A DNA stretch of 64,000 nucleotides from Rhodosorus marinus CCMP1338 (Eukaryota; Plantae; Rhodophyta), in contig JAMWBK010000009.1 of assembly GCA_029953675.1 (NCBI GenBank), forward strand, positions 992,001-1,056,000. Direction: 5' to 3'. Under the pieces are notes generated by a model. That model had not been told where the DNA came from and did no database searches. It was given only the letters and a program-made list of their open reading frames with translations. This document shows positions 1 through 12,999 of this stretch, in pieces; position 1 is the stretch's first letter; the number at the start of each line of letters is the position of its first letter. The translations under genes and the position numbers were made by a program.

Positions 1-2590
1 ACAGCAACCATCAAGGCGCTCCAGCATTATTCGAAGCAGACTTGGAAAACCAACCACTTGCTCACAATGATACTGGGTGGAAGAGGTGGGTGAGCGGAGG
101 GAGGACTTGTGGTTCCCCAGCCAACTTTGTGTAAAGGATGCATCCCCTTCCAAGGCCTTCACCCCTTCCATTCCAGCTTTCGTAGCTGTTCCTCATGCAA
201 GTAGATTCATCCATTCCCACAAGGCAAACACAGCCCTCCTTTTCAGAAACAGGTGGGCAAAGTTCGAAGGAATGTATGAGATACTACAACTGCCAAAATA
301 CCTTTCGTTTTCCGACCTGGATTCCTCCCCAACAGCTGCCGTGTCTCAATCAATAGTTAGTGTGCCGTTACCTCAGTTATCCCCCCCCCCAAAAGACCAT
401 TCCGACTCTTAACGCAGAAGTGGGACATTGCAGAAAAGCCTCTTTGATATCGAATTTTTGTCTTCCAAAACGAGTTTAGAACAAATTAAATTTCATTTTT
501 TTCCAATTATTTCCCAGTCGATCCTAAAAAAGGCACTTTAAATTACCACGTGTCCTACAATCCTGGAAATTCTTATATGTTCTTTCCAAGAAATACGCGT
601 CTGGGACATAGTCTGAATTCCATATTCCTAGAATAGTTCTGGGCGAGTTAATTCAAAACGGTGTGCTTGGCTCTACCAATTATCGTGACCTGCAACCGGT
701 GATCAGCGAATGATTATTAGCAAGTTGTCTCAATGTCAGTCTTACAGTTTTAACTTACCAATCATATATGAAGAAAGTTAAGAATCTGCGTCCGGATTCT
801 TCAGAAAAAGTCAATGATTGGTCAGAAGATTGAAGAGTTGTGATTCCTTCGAAATATGAAATCTCGTGGATTATCTGCGGGATGTGTAATTGGCGGGGAA
901 ATGGAATTGCAAAAATAATTTGCACAATAAATCCGTTCGGCAAAGTACACTCACAGATTCAATGGGTAGACACTCGGCCCCCTTAGACAAGGTGCGTACA
1001 AAACCCTCAATCGCTCCCACCCCCCCCCACCTCTCTTGAATTTTTATGCGACAATAATAAATATGTTTAAATATGAGAAGAAAAATGAATTTGCTCCCGA
1101 AAAGCAACAACGTGCTGGAAGATATTCCTCCAACCCTCTAACCCATACACTTGCACAATCTCCATTTACATTTGCTTTGCGAGATGAGGGGTGTGCGAAG
1201 TGGACTGTTTAGCAATCTTGTAGAAACATCGTCGACACGCTCAAAAGGATAAAAATATAGGAAAATCCCTCGGTCCGCAAAAGAAAAATGGTGGGGCTTC
1301 TAGAGGCCTCCTCCGGGCCATTCATGTTGTCCATCGGATACACTCCTCCATCTCCCCCTTTTACAATTTAACAACATACTTATGATTACCAAATTACTCC
1401 AATCTCTCCTCAGGAGGCCCCCCCGTGCCAAGCCGATCCTACCAAATTATGCTTTTCTTTAAAAACATACAACGAATAGCCGAAAAATAGATATTTTGAT
1501 TAGAAAAAAATGACATCAGTATCTCCATAGGTCAACTCAGTAGAAAAGCGATCTAATGGTTCCCATTGATTGGTCAGAGCATTCCATTCCTGACGGCTTG
1601 TCATCTCGAACTTTCTCCCATCAAAATCCCCTTCTTTGTTTTCAATACTTTTTAAAGGACTGTCCATTGCACCCCTCCCAAAAATAAACTTTATTCAATA
1701 TTCATCACCGCCTCCCCCCCCCCCTTTCCGAAAACAAGAAAGTCCTGTCGCATATCTGACGTCCTGGCTCCTCTGTTACACATCCCTCTCCCTCCCCCCC
1801 TCTCAGAGTGTGTAGCCCACAAGACGGGTGACGCCCACACGAAAAACCTTGGAAAATATTTATATAATTTATATATTTTCATGTCGCGGATAGGTTTCCA
1901 GAAAAGACCTATACAAGTCACCACAGCTGTCATCAAATTTTCTAATTTTGTATTGTCGTCAAGAAGTTTGATTGGTTTGTTGAATTTCTTTAAAACATTA
2001 ACGAATTATGTTTGAGATATTGTAAAGGGGATGGATGGGGCGGAAATTGCAATGTGCGAGGGGTAAGAATATTGGTGTAAATGGTTGATATTGTTTTTGA
2101 GAATATTAGATAGTTTATGAATTAAATGGAATGGGTGCGGATGAGGGGTGAATTTGGGTTGTTGGGGTAAATGGACTGACTGAACAGCAGCTTCGATGGG
2201 GCTGAGCTGGTGTGCTATTTAGGCGTTGGTCAGGGGTTTGTTGAGGGTGGTGAGGGTGCTATTGGGAGAGGGGAGGGATGGTATCTTTTGTTGAGCTGAA
2301 GGCGAATGGTGAACGAGTTCTTTAAGGAGGACGGAAAGAGTCGAGAAACATGAGAACTTTTGAGGTTCTTTAGTTTATCTAACTTCTTACGAATGAATTC
2401 GTAAACTTTGGTGGTGTGAATATTGACTGTTGGGTTTTGTTTGGTTGCTTCGTGGTCTTTTCTGAGCCCGCGGGTGTGAATAGAAGCGCATGGGAAGGAA
2501 ACCGGGACTGTGAATAGTGTGTAACCTTTCCTCGTCGTTTTGTTTGATTGTAGTTTGACGTTCTGTCGTATCTTGTTGTGAATTTGAAAG

Positions 2591-3601
2591 ATGAGTACGT
2601 TGGTGTGGAGAGCGACTGCAGAGTCGTATAAAGGATTGAAGGCCGGTACTGGCCAGAGTGCGACAAACGTCGCTGACAGTTGGGAAAGCATGCAGAGGCC
2701 ATGCAGAGAAAGCACTTCTGGGGTGTATGTACTTCCGGCGCGGAACTCGCGCGAACCCGCTGCAGTGTTCAAACCCAAGGACGAAGAGGTTGGCCGCGGG
2801 CACGGTCGTGTCCTGGCTGACTTTGGAAGAGGAAGCGGTGCCGTGCGAGAGGTTGCAGCTTACGAATTGGATAGAGAGGGTTTTGCTGGTGTTTCGGAGA
2901 CAAGGATGGTCAAATTGTCAGCTGGTGGACTCGAGAAGGAGGGAATGTTACAAGCATTTGTTGAAAATGTTGGTGACTCGGAGGATTATGGGCCTAGCCT
3001 CTTCGGAGTGGAGAATGTCCAGCGCATTGCTGCGTTCGATATTAGGATCATGAACGCGGATCGTCACGCCGGAAATTTGCTGGTTTCGAAGACTGATGGA
3101 GAGTACAAACTGCATCCAATTGACCACGGCTTGTCGATGCCTGACAACGTGCGTACTCTACCATGGCCTGTTTGGATGGACTGGGAGCAAGTGAAGCAAC
3201 CAATGACAGCAGAGGTGAAGGATTATATTATGAATCTGGATCCCCAAAGTGACGCGAAATTGCTCCGCTCGAAATTTGGCAAGGCCATAAGCGACGGTGC
3301 CGTTGATGCCCTCACTTGCGGAACTGTCCTGCTGCAGGTGGGAGCGAGTCTTGGGCTGAGTCTGTTCGACGTGGGCAAGATGATCTTTTCTGTAGACGCT
3401 GAGACACCCGGCTTCATGGAGAGACTCTTGACAAACCCGGTCGTCAGTCACTTAGCAAATGTTCTTGAACAGAGCTGCCAGGTTGAGAGCAGGTGCTCGA
3501 CGATTGTTGAGCTCACACTTGAAAGTGCTTCGCTCTTGGCTGAGATCGATCCGAATAAGGTACATGATCTTGTAGCTCAGATTAATTCCAACGGGAACTG
3601 A
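2591..3601 (+). CDS. Type II phosphatidylinositol 4-kinase (PI4K-gamma-like, PI3/PI4-kinase family), intronless
   Basis: 336-aa ORF with family motifs AVFKPKDEE, GSGAVREVAAYELD, FAGV, IMNADRHAGNLLV (catalytic loop) and IDHGLSMP. The true start could lie slightly upstream. Confidence 0.9.
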   Translation: MSTLVWRATAESYKGLKAGTGQSATNVADSWESMQRPCRESTSGVYVLPARNSREPAAVFKPKDEEVGRGHGRVLADFGRGSGAVREVAAYELDREGFAGVSETRMVKLSAGGLEKEGMLQAFVENVGDSEDYGPSLFGVENVQRIAAFDIRIMNADRHAGNLLVSKTDGEYKLHPIDHGLSMPDNVRTLPWPVWMDWEQVKQPMTAEVKDYIMNLDPQSDAKLLRSKFGKAISDGAVDALTCGTVLLQVGASLGLSLFDVGKMIFSVDAETPGFMERLLTNPVVSHLANVLEQSCQVESRCSTIVELTLESASLLAEIDPNKVHDLVAQINSNGN

Positions 3602-3804
3602 AGTAAAGAAGTCGCAGAAGACTGCACTCGAGAAGGATTTTGTAAGGAACAAATATTCGTCCGGTTGTTGCCACGCAGTTGCCACGCACACAGACATATC
3701 TACTCGTCGAACCCCATGCTCAGAGTTGACATGGGACTGTAGAGACCAATGGATTTTGTTTGCCAAAGAATCAGCTTAAGTGTACAGATTTATTTTGCAA
3801 AGAA

Positions 3805-4739
3805 TTAGGGTGAGTTTCTCCAAAAGGTTTCAGGGGCTCCATATACCACTCGCCGTTTGCGCTTCTGCTCATCCCTCCACAAAGGGTACCTCAACCGCCT
3901 CATTGGTGGTTCGAACTCCACCTGAGGATATCGCTCCCTAGTTTTTATGAGCTTTTCAGGATTTCCCATCCAGGTATGAGAAAGCATCTCCCTAAAGCCT
4001 AGAGTCTTCGTCACGAGCTTATAGTCCTCTACATGGGCAGCAAAATACAACGACGTGAGTCCTCTACCACGAGAAGAATTCGAGTACGCTATATTGGTTT
4101 GTTCTCTGGATGCGACTCGACATACCTATGCTAATCTTCCGAAGATTCTTCAGCATGCGATCCCTGAGATGCATCATCAAGAGCATTCGAAGCTTGCCCT
4201 TGTGCCACTCCCTGTATCGCCTATGCATCACAAGTTTTTCCAGATGCTTGATCCTTACGGTCAACGCAGCAACTAGGAAAGAGAATAAGGTTACGGATCA
4301 GATGCGGTTACTCGTACCCTGACTCCCCGTAATCCTACGTTCGAAAGGTTTACTTGGAATAGGGCCTTGTTGTAGTGAACGTACTGTGGCATTTGAGCGA
4401 ATGATCCCAAAAGGTCTCTGGGTCCTTGAATTGATCAATTGCCTTACGGTACTCCATGAGGTTGAAGGTCCGCTGTGCGCAATACTCCGGCCCAATTACT
4501 TTCTTGGTGATCTCCGAAATCCCGACCTGATCTAGTAGCTGGTTTTGGACTTTGAACTCATTGCAGGTTACATAATCACCTGGAATAGGCCAGACTTTCT
4601 TCTGCCCAACCAAACTGTGTTCTTCTGGTGGAGGCCCCTGCGCGGGCCCGATCGCATTCGGAATTTTGTCCTGCGTATTTGACATCCATCGCTGAGCACC
4701 ACTCCAGGACTTCCTGCATGATAGCACTCGACGAAGCAT
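3805..4739 (-). CDS. MRPS15: Mitochondrial ribosomal protein uS15m (3 exons)
   Basis: ATG at 4739 opens MLRRVLSCRKSWSGAQRWMS (mitochondrial-presequence-like). Joining GT-AG exons gives RKAIDQFK...IAALTVRIKHLEK...MHLRDRMLKNLRKISIEDYKLVTKTLGFR, which matches the S15 core (VALLTxRIxHL...RRKLLxYL...RYxxLIxRLGLR). Confidence 0.78.
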
Positions 4740-5592
4740 CCTAAACTCTCGACAATAGAGGCTTCTAAGAGAAACGTAAAATCGAAAACTTGAAATCCAG
4801 AACTGCCTTGAAATTCTCAGAACCAGAGACCAAAGCAAAACCAGGCACAAGTGAGCCAACTACCTCGACACCCTCTCGCCTGCCCCAGCCGCAACAAGGA
4901 GGCAGATAACCCGAAATATTCAACCCCACCAAACTGCTTTGCTTTTCTCGAACCAGTTTCCAATTGGCTTTATTAACTCATCCAACCCAACCGGACTTCC
5001 CTCCGATACTTCTCAAAACTTTCTTCATCCGTAGCTATATACCTGAAGAAACACGTTTTTACAGATCTCTACCTACGCGCTTTCTTCCCTATCCACATTC
5101 CCCAAGATTACCTCCTACAGACAACCATCTACGGGTACCAACATATTCCCCCAAACCCCCTACAGCCCGCTCTCCGTCCAAGCCCAAAAGGAGAGTCAGC
5201 ACAAGGCCGATCACGTCCTGATCATCAAACCCGACAAGCGATTTCAAGAATCCAGCGGGCTTCGGGCAATCATTACGAGCGCTTTGATCACTCTGAAGGA
5301 GTCTATTACTATATCTCGATCCAAAAATATTAGACCGAATCTGAAGTCAAACCTTGAGGAATAAGACTCCGTTGCTATCGTCCTCGTCCAAGAGGCCAAG
5401 CTAGACCAAAAACCAGCTCTCAATCAAAATAACAATCTATATTGATTATAATGACTGAATACCTATATGGCGACTAAATGTATGTATTGTATATTTGTGG
5501 TAGTATAGACGGTAGCACGTTCTGCTTATTTCCGGAATTAAATTTGAACACTTTGTTTGGTACAGAGCTAAAACTTGTCTTGTCTTGACATA

Positions 5593-6032
5593 GACTACGA
5601 TCTAAAGCCTAGTCGACCTTAAGTAGAGAACGGGCATACTTAAAATAGACGTAAATTAGAATCTAGCCGGTCCATCTAGCTGTAAGAAGTGAGAAATAGA
5701 GCACCGCCCGCCATCTTTTCTGTCGACGAAAATGCAGGGCGAAGCGAATGGTGAGGAGCGTGGGCGGAACGAGATTCCCACTCAAACAAGTCCTTGAGTT
5801 GATTCTTCAATTCTTTCTGGGTCAGGGAGACTCCGCCTGTATGGTACGCGCTGTAGGGGGTGGAACGTCGCAGATCCACCGGCTCAAATCCTTCACTTTA
5901 GTTGGACTACGATCTAAAACCAAGGTCAAGTCGATACTAAGTTCGACTTCAGCAGACACATCAAGTTCTACAAAATAGATGTAGGCTAGAATCTAGCATA
6001 TAAATCTAGCCAGTTAAATACTGAAAAATAGA
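5593..6032. repeat. Degenerate direct repeat, 2 copies (period about 312-330 bp)
   Basis: GACTACGATCTAAA occurs at 5593 and 5905. AAAATAGA-GTA---TAGAATCTAGC...ATCTAGC...AAATAGA occurs at about 5642-5700 and 5972-6032. Confidence 0.8.
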
Positions 6033-6703
6033 CAAACCTCTAGACAGAAATCAAGGAAAAAAGAATGATAAAGGATGATGTGTAGGTGGGCCTAATGGGA
6101 CATCCCTAAAAAAAAATGACATAGAAGGGTCGTCTCCAAATTTGTCCGAGAAAAGAGGTGGAAAAAGCAAAATAGAAGCGCAGAGGGGATAAACTGGAAC
6201 GTAGTTTTCGTTATCAGTTCCTACGGCCTCCAAGCGTTGATCTTGGCCTTCCGGCTGCACGTGTGTGGCGGAAAAGACCCCTGCCACAAATTATAGTATT
6301 TGATGTCTCAAAATAACGATTTCGCTTATTATGTCTTAGAAAATAATAAGCACTACTAGCTTCTAGGCTTTAGAGATATGATGACACGTGTCCGAAACAT
6401 TAGCTTTGTCGTGTAAATCAAGTTCCAATATTCTTGATTAAGAACAATGTGGGATTGGCTTAGTATTTTGAGTTTGGCCATTTTTGTGGAGCATAGTGCC
6501 GAGATTGTGTAAAGCGGCGGAGGTCGTTAGAGGAGTTTGGCAGCGTCAGTTTCGACCTCTGCTGGGACTGCTAGAGCTTATCTGGATATAGACGCTCTGA
6601 TTGCGTATTGCGATAGCGCTATCTCGTTTGTTTTGTTATTGTTTGTTTGTGTTTTGGGCAGCGCTTGTTCCAGCGCCACCTGTTACTTGAGGAGGCCAAA
6701 AGT

Positions 6704-8351
6704 ATGGATAGGAAAAAGGTTTCTGCTTTCCTGGGGGTGCATGGGTTGGCGAGATCGAAAAGATTAGAACGTGTGCGTGCGTGTAGCACGGAAACCAGTG
6801 GATCTACTACGGAGATGCAGCCGGAGAGAACGATTCTAACATCGCTCCCCGAGCTCAAGACTGACAGGAAGCTGAGAGTGCTCTCTGGCGTTCAACCGAC
6901 TGGGACACTGCACCTGGGCAACTACCTCGGAGCCATACAGCAATGGGTTAAGAATCAGGATAAGTTTGACAATTTCTTTACCATAGTAGATCTTCACGCG
7001 ATAACGCTGCCCCATGACCCGAAGGCGTTGCGTCAGAGCTCTATGACCACTGCGGCACTTTACCTGGCATGTGGTGAGAGCTTGTTTCTGTCTGGAAGCT
7101 TACTCTCTTCGCACAACAGTCATGTATTAATTTGTTTTCCTGGTGGTGGCCATGTGCTATTTTAGGTCTGGATCCAAAGACCAGCAGCATCTTCCTCCAA
7201 AGTCACGTTCCTGCACACGCCGAACTCACGTGGTTGCTCAACTGCGCGACTCCGATCGGCTGGCTGGAGAGAATGGTACAGTATAAGGAGAAGGCACGCA
7301 AGGCTGGGGAGAACGTGTCCGTGGGTCTCCTTGACTACCCCGTCCTGATGGCGGCAGATATTCTTCTGTACCAAGCCGATCTGGTACCGGTCGGCGATGA
7401 TCAAAACCAGCATCTTGAGCTGGCACGGAACATCCGCGGACGTTTTAAAAACCTCTATGAGTACGCCCTGTTTTACTACTGGTTATGTTGAACTGAGCAA
7501 CAGACCCCCAAGCTGATCGCGTTCTTGCCACACCCCCACCCCACAGTAAGCGAGGAAAGAGAAGGGTCTTCAAGGAACCCAAGACCCTCCTCCAGAAGGA
7601 CGTAGCTAGAGTCATGGCGTTAGATGACGGAACGAAGAAGATGAGCAAATCCGACGAGAGTGACAACTCCAGAATCAACCTGCTGGATCCTCCAGACGTC
7701 ATCGCTAGGAAGATCAAAAGGTACCACCCCGCTCAGGTGGAAAGAGAAATAGACATCTTGTCCAAGCTTCTGACGCACTGTTCCGTGACATACATAAACT
7801 TCTGACTCTGTCTCTTCTAGATGCAAAACTGATTCGATCGCGGGGCTTCAGTTTGACAATCCCGAACGACCCGAGTGTAATAATCTGCTGACCATTTACC
7901 AGGGAGTAACTGGAATACCGAAGGAGGACATTGCGGCTGAGTTTGCAGATTCTAACTTTGGAACGTACGGAGGAGTTTAAGCTTTTTGTTTCAATCGTTC
8001 GACTTCCTGGACTCAACAGATATTTCGCTCTTCCTCGTGATCTGCAGCATCAAGAAGGTCCTAACTGAAGCACTCGTAGAGAAGCTCACTCCCATTCAGA
8101 CGACGTATGGTGAACTTATGGAAGACCAAACCTATTTGAAACAAGTCCTGAGGAATGGTAAGTTTCCTTAGCGATCTCGGACTGGAGTGTTCACTCTTGC
8201 ATTAAGAGTGCTCGAACTGAGCGATCCGTCCATGCTCCACTATACGATTCCACTTCCAGGTGCGGAGAGGGCAAACAGTGTTGCTTCCGACACTTTGGCA
8301 AAAGCTCAGTCTTCCATGGGCTTCGTTACACTTGATGACATTGCCGAGTAG
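6704..8351 (+). CDS. trpS: Tryptophanyl-tRNA synthetase, bacterial/organellar type (about 6 exons)
   Basis: [20 protein letters not shown] (HIGH), [35 protein letters not shown] and KMSKS motifs across exons. The N-terminal extension resembles a transit peptide. Stop TAG at 8349-8351. Confidence 0.95.
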
Positions 8352-8921
8352 ACGGATGCTTGTCGAATCTAATTTGGTAATTCACCCCATTACCGCGGTA
8401 AAGGTGTCCGCGAGAGCTAAACGAACTGACTCCGATATCGCTTTAGTAGTGACTGGAGTTTGGCTTTGCGAGGTCGCTGCTAGATAAATATAACTTATCG
8501 TTCATGAGGGTATCCGTCAGGCTAGTCTTGAGGAAGCTTGTCCATGCCCGCTCGCGCCGTCTGGCACCAGGGTCTATTGGAGTGCCTCTTGTGACAATCG
8601 AAATGGGGGGGCTCTACCACGAATCAAGCCGCATCCTCAGGTCCCCGAAAAAGCTGCTGCCTTACTGAGTGGTTACCTGGTATGCTATTGGATCCTGATG
8701 TCGCACCTTCGTGTTCCAGCCCAGAGCGGCATGTTGAGTAGTGTGTTTTTGACGACTGAGCCAGCCTTGGTTGCTCACTGTTTGCAACCAAGGAAAAGCG
8801 GCCATTCATGTCTAGTCGATTTAGTAGGGCTCCAAGCGGAATCAGCGATCTCCAACCAAAAAAAGGGGATGGGAGTTAGAAATAGTTCCTAAATTTGATT
8901 CTCGAGGTTAGCAAAGTGGTC

Positions 8922-9950
8922 CTATTTTCGGTTCGCCGCCGCTTCCAGGGAGTTGATGAATGTTACTGGGGAGTTTGCGCAGAGAAGGTTGATGACCTTA
9001 CTCCCGAGAGATGTATCGGCTATTCCGCCGGGGTTGACGTGGCTAAGGACCATAAAGTCCGTCGACTCAGGATCGTCCTCCGCCTGCATCATGACATTTC
9101 CAGCGAGAAGAACTTCCGCTCTTACGAACTGATTTCCAATAGATTGAAAAGGAGCCCATTGGAGAGAACAGTTTAGGGATCGAGTTGTTGTGCTTGTGCA
9201 GCGGGAATGCGTTCCCATGCTGTCCTGATCCGTACCTTGTTAGTTGGCTTCGCGTCCTCATGTACCTCAGGTCGATTCACGACCACGTATCCACTTTGCA
9301 TTGGCCTGTAATGTACCCTAGTAACGAAATCTCTTGCTTTAAGCAGTCCACCTCCAAATCTACCCGTAGCTGCCCAAGAGATTTTGGTGTTCTTCCCAAT
9401 ATATTCGAGATCCTTCAGCTCCTTACAATGCTCGTTGTATTCAGGAACTCTGCTATTGTCCAGGAACAGATCGAACAGCTTGCGCGCAGGAGCCTTGATT
9501 CTCGCCTTGGCCATCACCACGAAGAACTTCTGAGCTCTGCCGGCATCTCCTCCTCCAAAACTGACATCGCTGGACAGTCTTTTTCTCCAGATCACGATCG
9601 ATCCAGTTCTCCTAATCTCCTGCCATCCACCTTCCTCGGCTACCTTAAACATAGTCTTAAGCAGCTCATCGTTCTTCTTTTCCACATCCGGATATTTCAC
9701 AGGCACATTTCCGCCAGCGTTCCCAATGGACGCCAAATCATCCCTCGATCGACTCAAATTCTTTCCCAAGTTTTTCAAAAACGAATCGAACTGTTGAAAC
9801 GCGCCGTCCATCGGGTCTGAAAAACGTCGGATCCTATGGTATCTTTCCAACAGAAGCTACTCAAGATCAGTCGATCCGATTCCCCCTCCATTACACACCG
9901 CATCCCATCCTCAAAAGCCCAATAAGCAATTCGTCCGCGAGAAACATCAT
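8922..9950 (-). CDS. START (StAR-related lipid transfer) domain protein
   Basis: GWQEIRR..IVIWRK, AKARIKAPARKLFDLFLD, KARDFVTRVHYR and RAEVLLAGNVM..TDFMVLSHVNPGG fit a START fold. Intron at about 9230-9135. The first exon (ATG about 9950) is inferred from splice signals. Confidence 0.8.
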
Positions 9951-9989
9951 CTTCTCCAACGCTCAAGCAATGTCTTTTTCCCTGAGCTT

Positions 9990-10680
9990 TTCGCCGCGCA
10001 GGCTAGTCGGCTGACTGCGAATCTTGACTTGGCGTGACGGGTAGTACTGTTGTTTCCTACTCGTTTACAATTCTGAACTCTTTCAACTGGCCTACATCAA
10101 ACCGCTCTGTAGCTGCAACGCTTAGTTTTGTTATGAGAGTACTCTACTAAGCCAGTTGCACAAGTGGGTGCCTGGTCGTGAATCGACCTGAGCTCTGAGG
10201 ACTCATTTCAGGTTTGTCAGCTCGACAGTCTTTCAGCACGAGATAATAGTCTAGGTTTCTCTCCCCCGAAAACCGTTCCATCTTCAGCTTTCCAGTACGC
10301 AAGTCGTTGGAGAAATGTGGTCTTAACCGCTCAAAACCAAAAAAAATTGGAAAGCTTTCCCTGATGGGGATGAGTCGAGTGACTGCGAATCTTGAGGGCA
10401 GAGGCAGCGAGTATTGGAGACGTGCATCAGTACAAACATGTACTACCGCTCTCGCGACTTAATGGATTTGTTTGTAAAACCTTCCAACTGGCCCACGGAA
10501 AACCGCGCCGTAGTTGCAGCAATTGACACCAGCGCACAGTACAGGTCAAGGGCAAAAGTGGGCAACGGCTCGTGAATCCACCTGAGCTCTGAGGATTTGG
10601 TTCAGGCATTTGAGCTCCAGAAGCTTTCAGAACGAGATTCAAGTGCCGCTTTCTGGAACTATCGGTATCCACCGCGTTGT
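9990..10680. repeat. Degenerate tandem duplication, 2 copies (period about 370-400 bp)
   Basis: GACTGCGAATCTTGA at 10013 and 10381; CAACTGGCC at 10084 and 10485; GTGAATC-ACCTGAGCTCTGAGG at 10178 and 10572. Confidence 0.85.
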
Positions 10681-11433
10681 CATCCCTTTGCTCATGAACG
10701 CCTCAGAACTGCTTGAGCTTCTGGGGATCCAGGTCAAGATTGAGGAGTAGTCAAACTTTGCTTGGATCTGAAAATTACCAATGCGCAACAAGTTCTGTGG
10801 GGTTGATGCGGAAGGATAACCGGACTAAAGGTGGCAGTTGCCCATCACGACTCCGGGTTTTTTCCATCTTTCCTAATACCCCGTACCATCAGTGCTAGTC
10901 CGAGCTGAAACAGTCCAGTCATGATGCGATGGTCACCATACGCTAATGAGAAGCAAGTTTGCTCGTTTTTCTTTACCTCCTGTCGGCATCCTAAGAAGTG
11001 GAGTAAGAGTACACGATAGACGGTTGCGCCTTCCCTCAGAGGGAAGTGCTAGGAATCACATGTACGTGAGTGCAAGATCAACAGGCCGTGGCCTAAGACG
11101 TAAAAACCTGCTTGCTCAATGAGAGTCCTCGTTGATCAAGGCTAGAATTGCTCGTGGAATCCTCATAGACGCCACCCAAATTGCGCTCCTTTCCTCATGC
11201 CTTTTTGCGAACAGAGCAACGCGGAGATTCTTGTCCTGACGGCGCTATTTCCCTCGTCAGGTCGACTCGTCGAGGTTGACACCCAAAGAATCAGCTTCTT
11301 GGCCGCTGTACGTGAAAGGCTCGGAAAGGAACCCTCGGCTCGAAGAGCTTCGATTATTCGAGGAAGAAGCTAGAAGACAGGAAAAAGACTCGGTACGCGC
11401 TGTTCGCCTTATTTCGCCAGAAAGTGGATTGGC

Positions 11434-12816
11434 TCAAGTTGTGGCCTTTGACCCTTCGTCGATCACCGGATAGTTCGGCTGCGGATTCGTCTTCCAGATG
11501 CGAATGGTCCCATCATCTGCTCCCGTTGAGTAGGTTTCACCGTCAGGTGCGAAGCGCACAACCATGATCGGTCCGTGGTGACCACGATGGGATTCCAGCT
11601 CCACACCGGTTGCGTAGTCGTACATTCTCACTGACAAGTCTTGACCGCAGAGCACGTACTTTTCCTGTGATGGTTGTAGAGAACAAGATTCCGTTCCTCT
11701 GGGAGCCTGAATTGATAGTTAAACGATAACAAGGGACCATTGGTCAAGCTTGGAACCTCTCAACCCTGAAAGAGGCAAGACATGCGAAGGAAAAAGTTCT
11801 TACTTTGAACTTTTTGATTAATTCCATAGTCCTGACATCCCAGAACTGCACAGATTCATCTGCAAGAGCTAGGGTGAGGAAATCACTATTCCTCCTTAGT
11901 TCACCCGATCGAATCTCTGCTCCACACTCGACTTGTTTAATCTTCTGACCGACCCTAGCGTCCCATTTGGTAAGCTTTCCATCCGTCGATCCCGTGATGA
12001 TGACTTCGCTCTTGTCCCCGTAGAAACGTGCGAATTTAACGGGTCCAACTGGAAGTTCGAACACCGGTGTTTCGGGATCGGAAACATCGTACAAATTCAC
12101 AGTACTGAAGAGCCCCCCAGTGAGCAGCAAGGAAGCGTCCTATGCCAACATACATCAGACGGTTCGAGCGAACAGAAGATTCGGAGGTTAGCGGATGTCC
12201 GATCTCCGAGCAGACCCCCTGGCGACAGTGGATAAGATCAAAGAAATGCGTGCACCTGTACGAACCTTGGAAAGAGCGACGCTTTTGCAAACATGTTTTT
12301 GGGGCAGTCTCTGCCTAATATCTCCAGTTTTCGCATCCCATACTATCGCGCTCTGATCTGCAGATCCCGTCGCGGCTACAAACGTATCATCGCTAAGGCA
12401 TGCACTCCATACTGCACCTCCGTGGCCCTCGAAGGTACCCACCCAATCGCCGGTCACGCCATCGCGCAGCATGGGTTTGCCATCTGACGAAAAAAAAACA
12501 TTGGAAGAGAGACGCGCGGAAGAATCAGATCAGCGTCGAGGAGAAACTGTATTTCTTCCTTCCAAGAACAAGGATACAAAATTCTACCCCAAAAAGAACG
12601 GATCCATGACCGGAAGCTACAACACCCCGCCGCGGGGCTTCGTCTCCAACAAAGATCTCGTCCAATCGTTTGCGCTGAGGGACAATCAAATCACTTACCA
12701 AGACATCCACTGATGAGAAAAACACCTTCATCAGTGGGCTGACTGTATTCAAGCTCAACTACACCCCTCTTATGTCCAGGACAAACCATTGGCATCTGTC
12801 TAACCGTCGCAGCCAT
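11434..12816 (-). CDS. STRAP: Serine-threonine kinase receptor-associated protein (STRAP/unrip), WD40 repeat
   Basis: [60 protein letters not shown] and GHHGPIMVVRFAPDGETYSTGADDGTIRIW are diagnostic of STRAP. Intron 1 is 12484-12698. Confidence 0.92.
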
Positions 12817-12999
12817 AGCGAAGCCCCTCCTCTCAAACAAAAAAAAAACAGTAAAACCCCCCACACAAATAGACAACCCGATCAACACCGATCAAAGATT
12901 TAATCAATCGAAACCTCGTATCCGCTCAAATACCATAAGAACAAGGAAGCTCCTACAGTGCTTCAAGAGAAACAAAAACTTTTCAAGTCGTCACCGCTA

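Noticed and set aside
12484-12698. STRAP intron 1 is longer (215 nt) than most introns and has TGATTTGA near the 5' end and CTGA near the 3' end; considered as an intronic C/D snoRNA
   Set aside because: Box C is non-canonical, I could verify no terminal stem or rRNA-complementary guide, and the length is explainable without a snoRNA.
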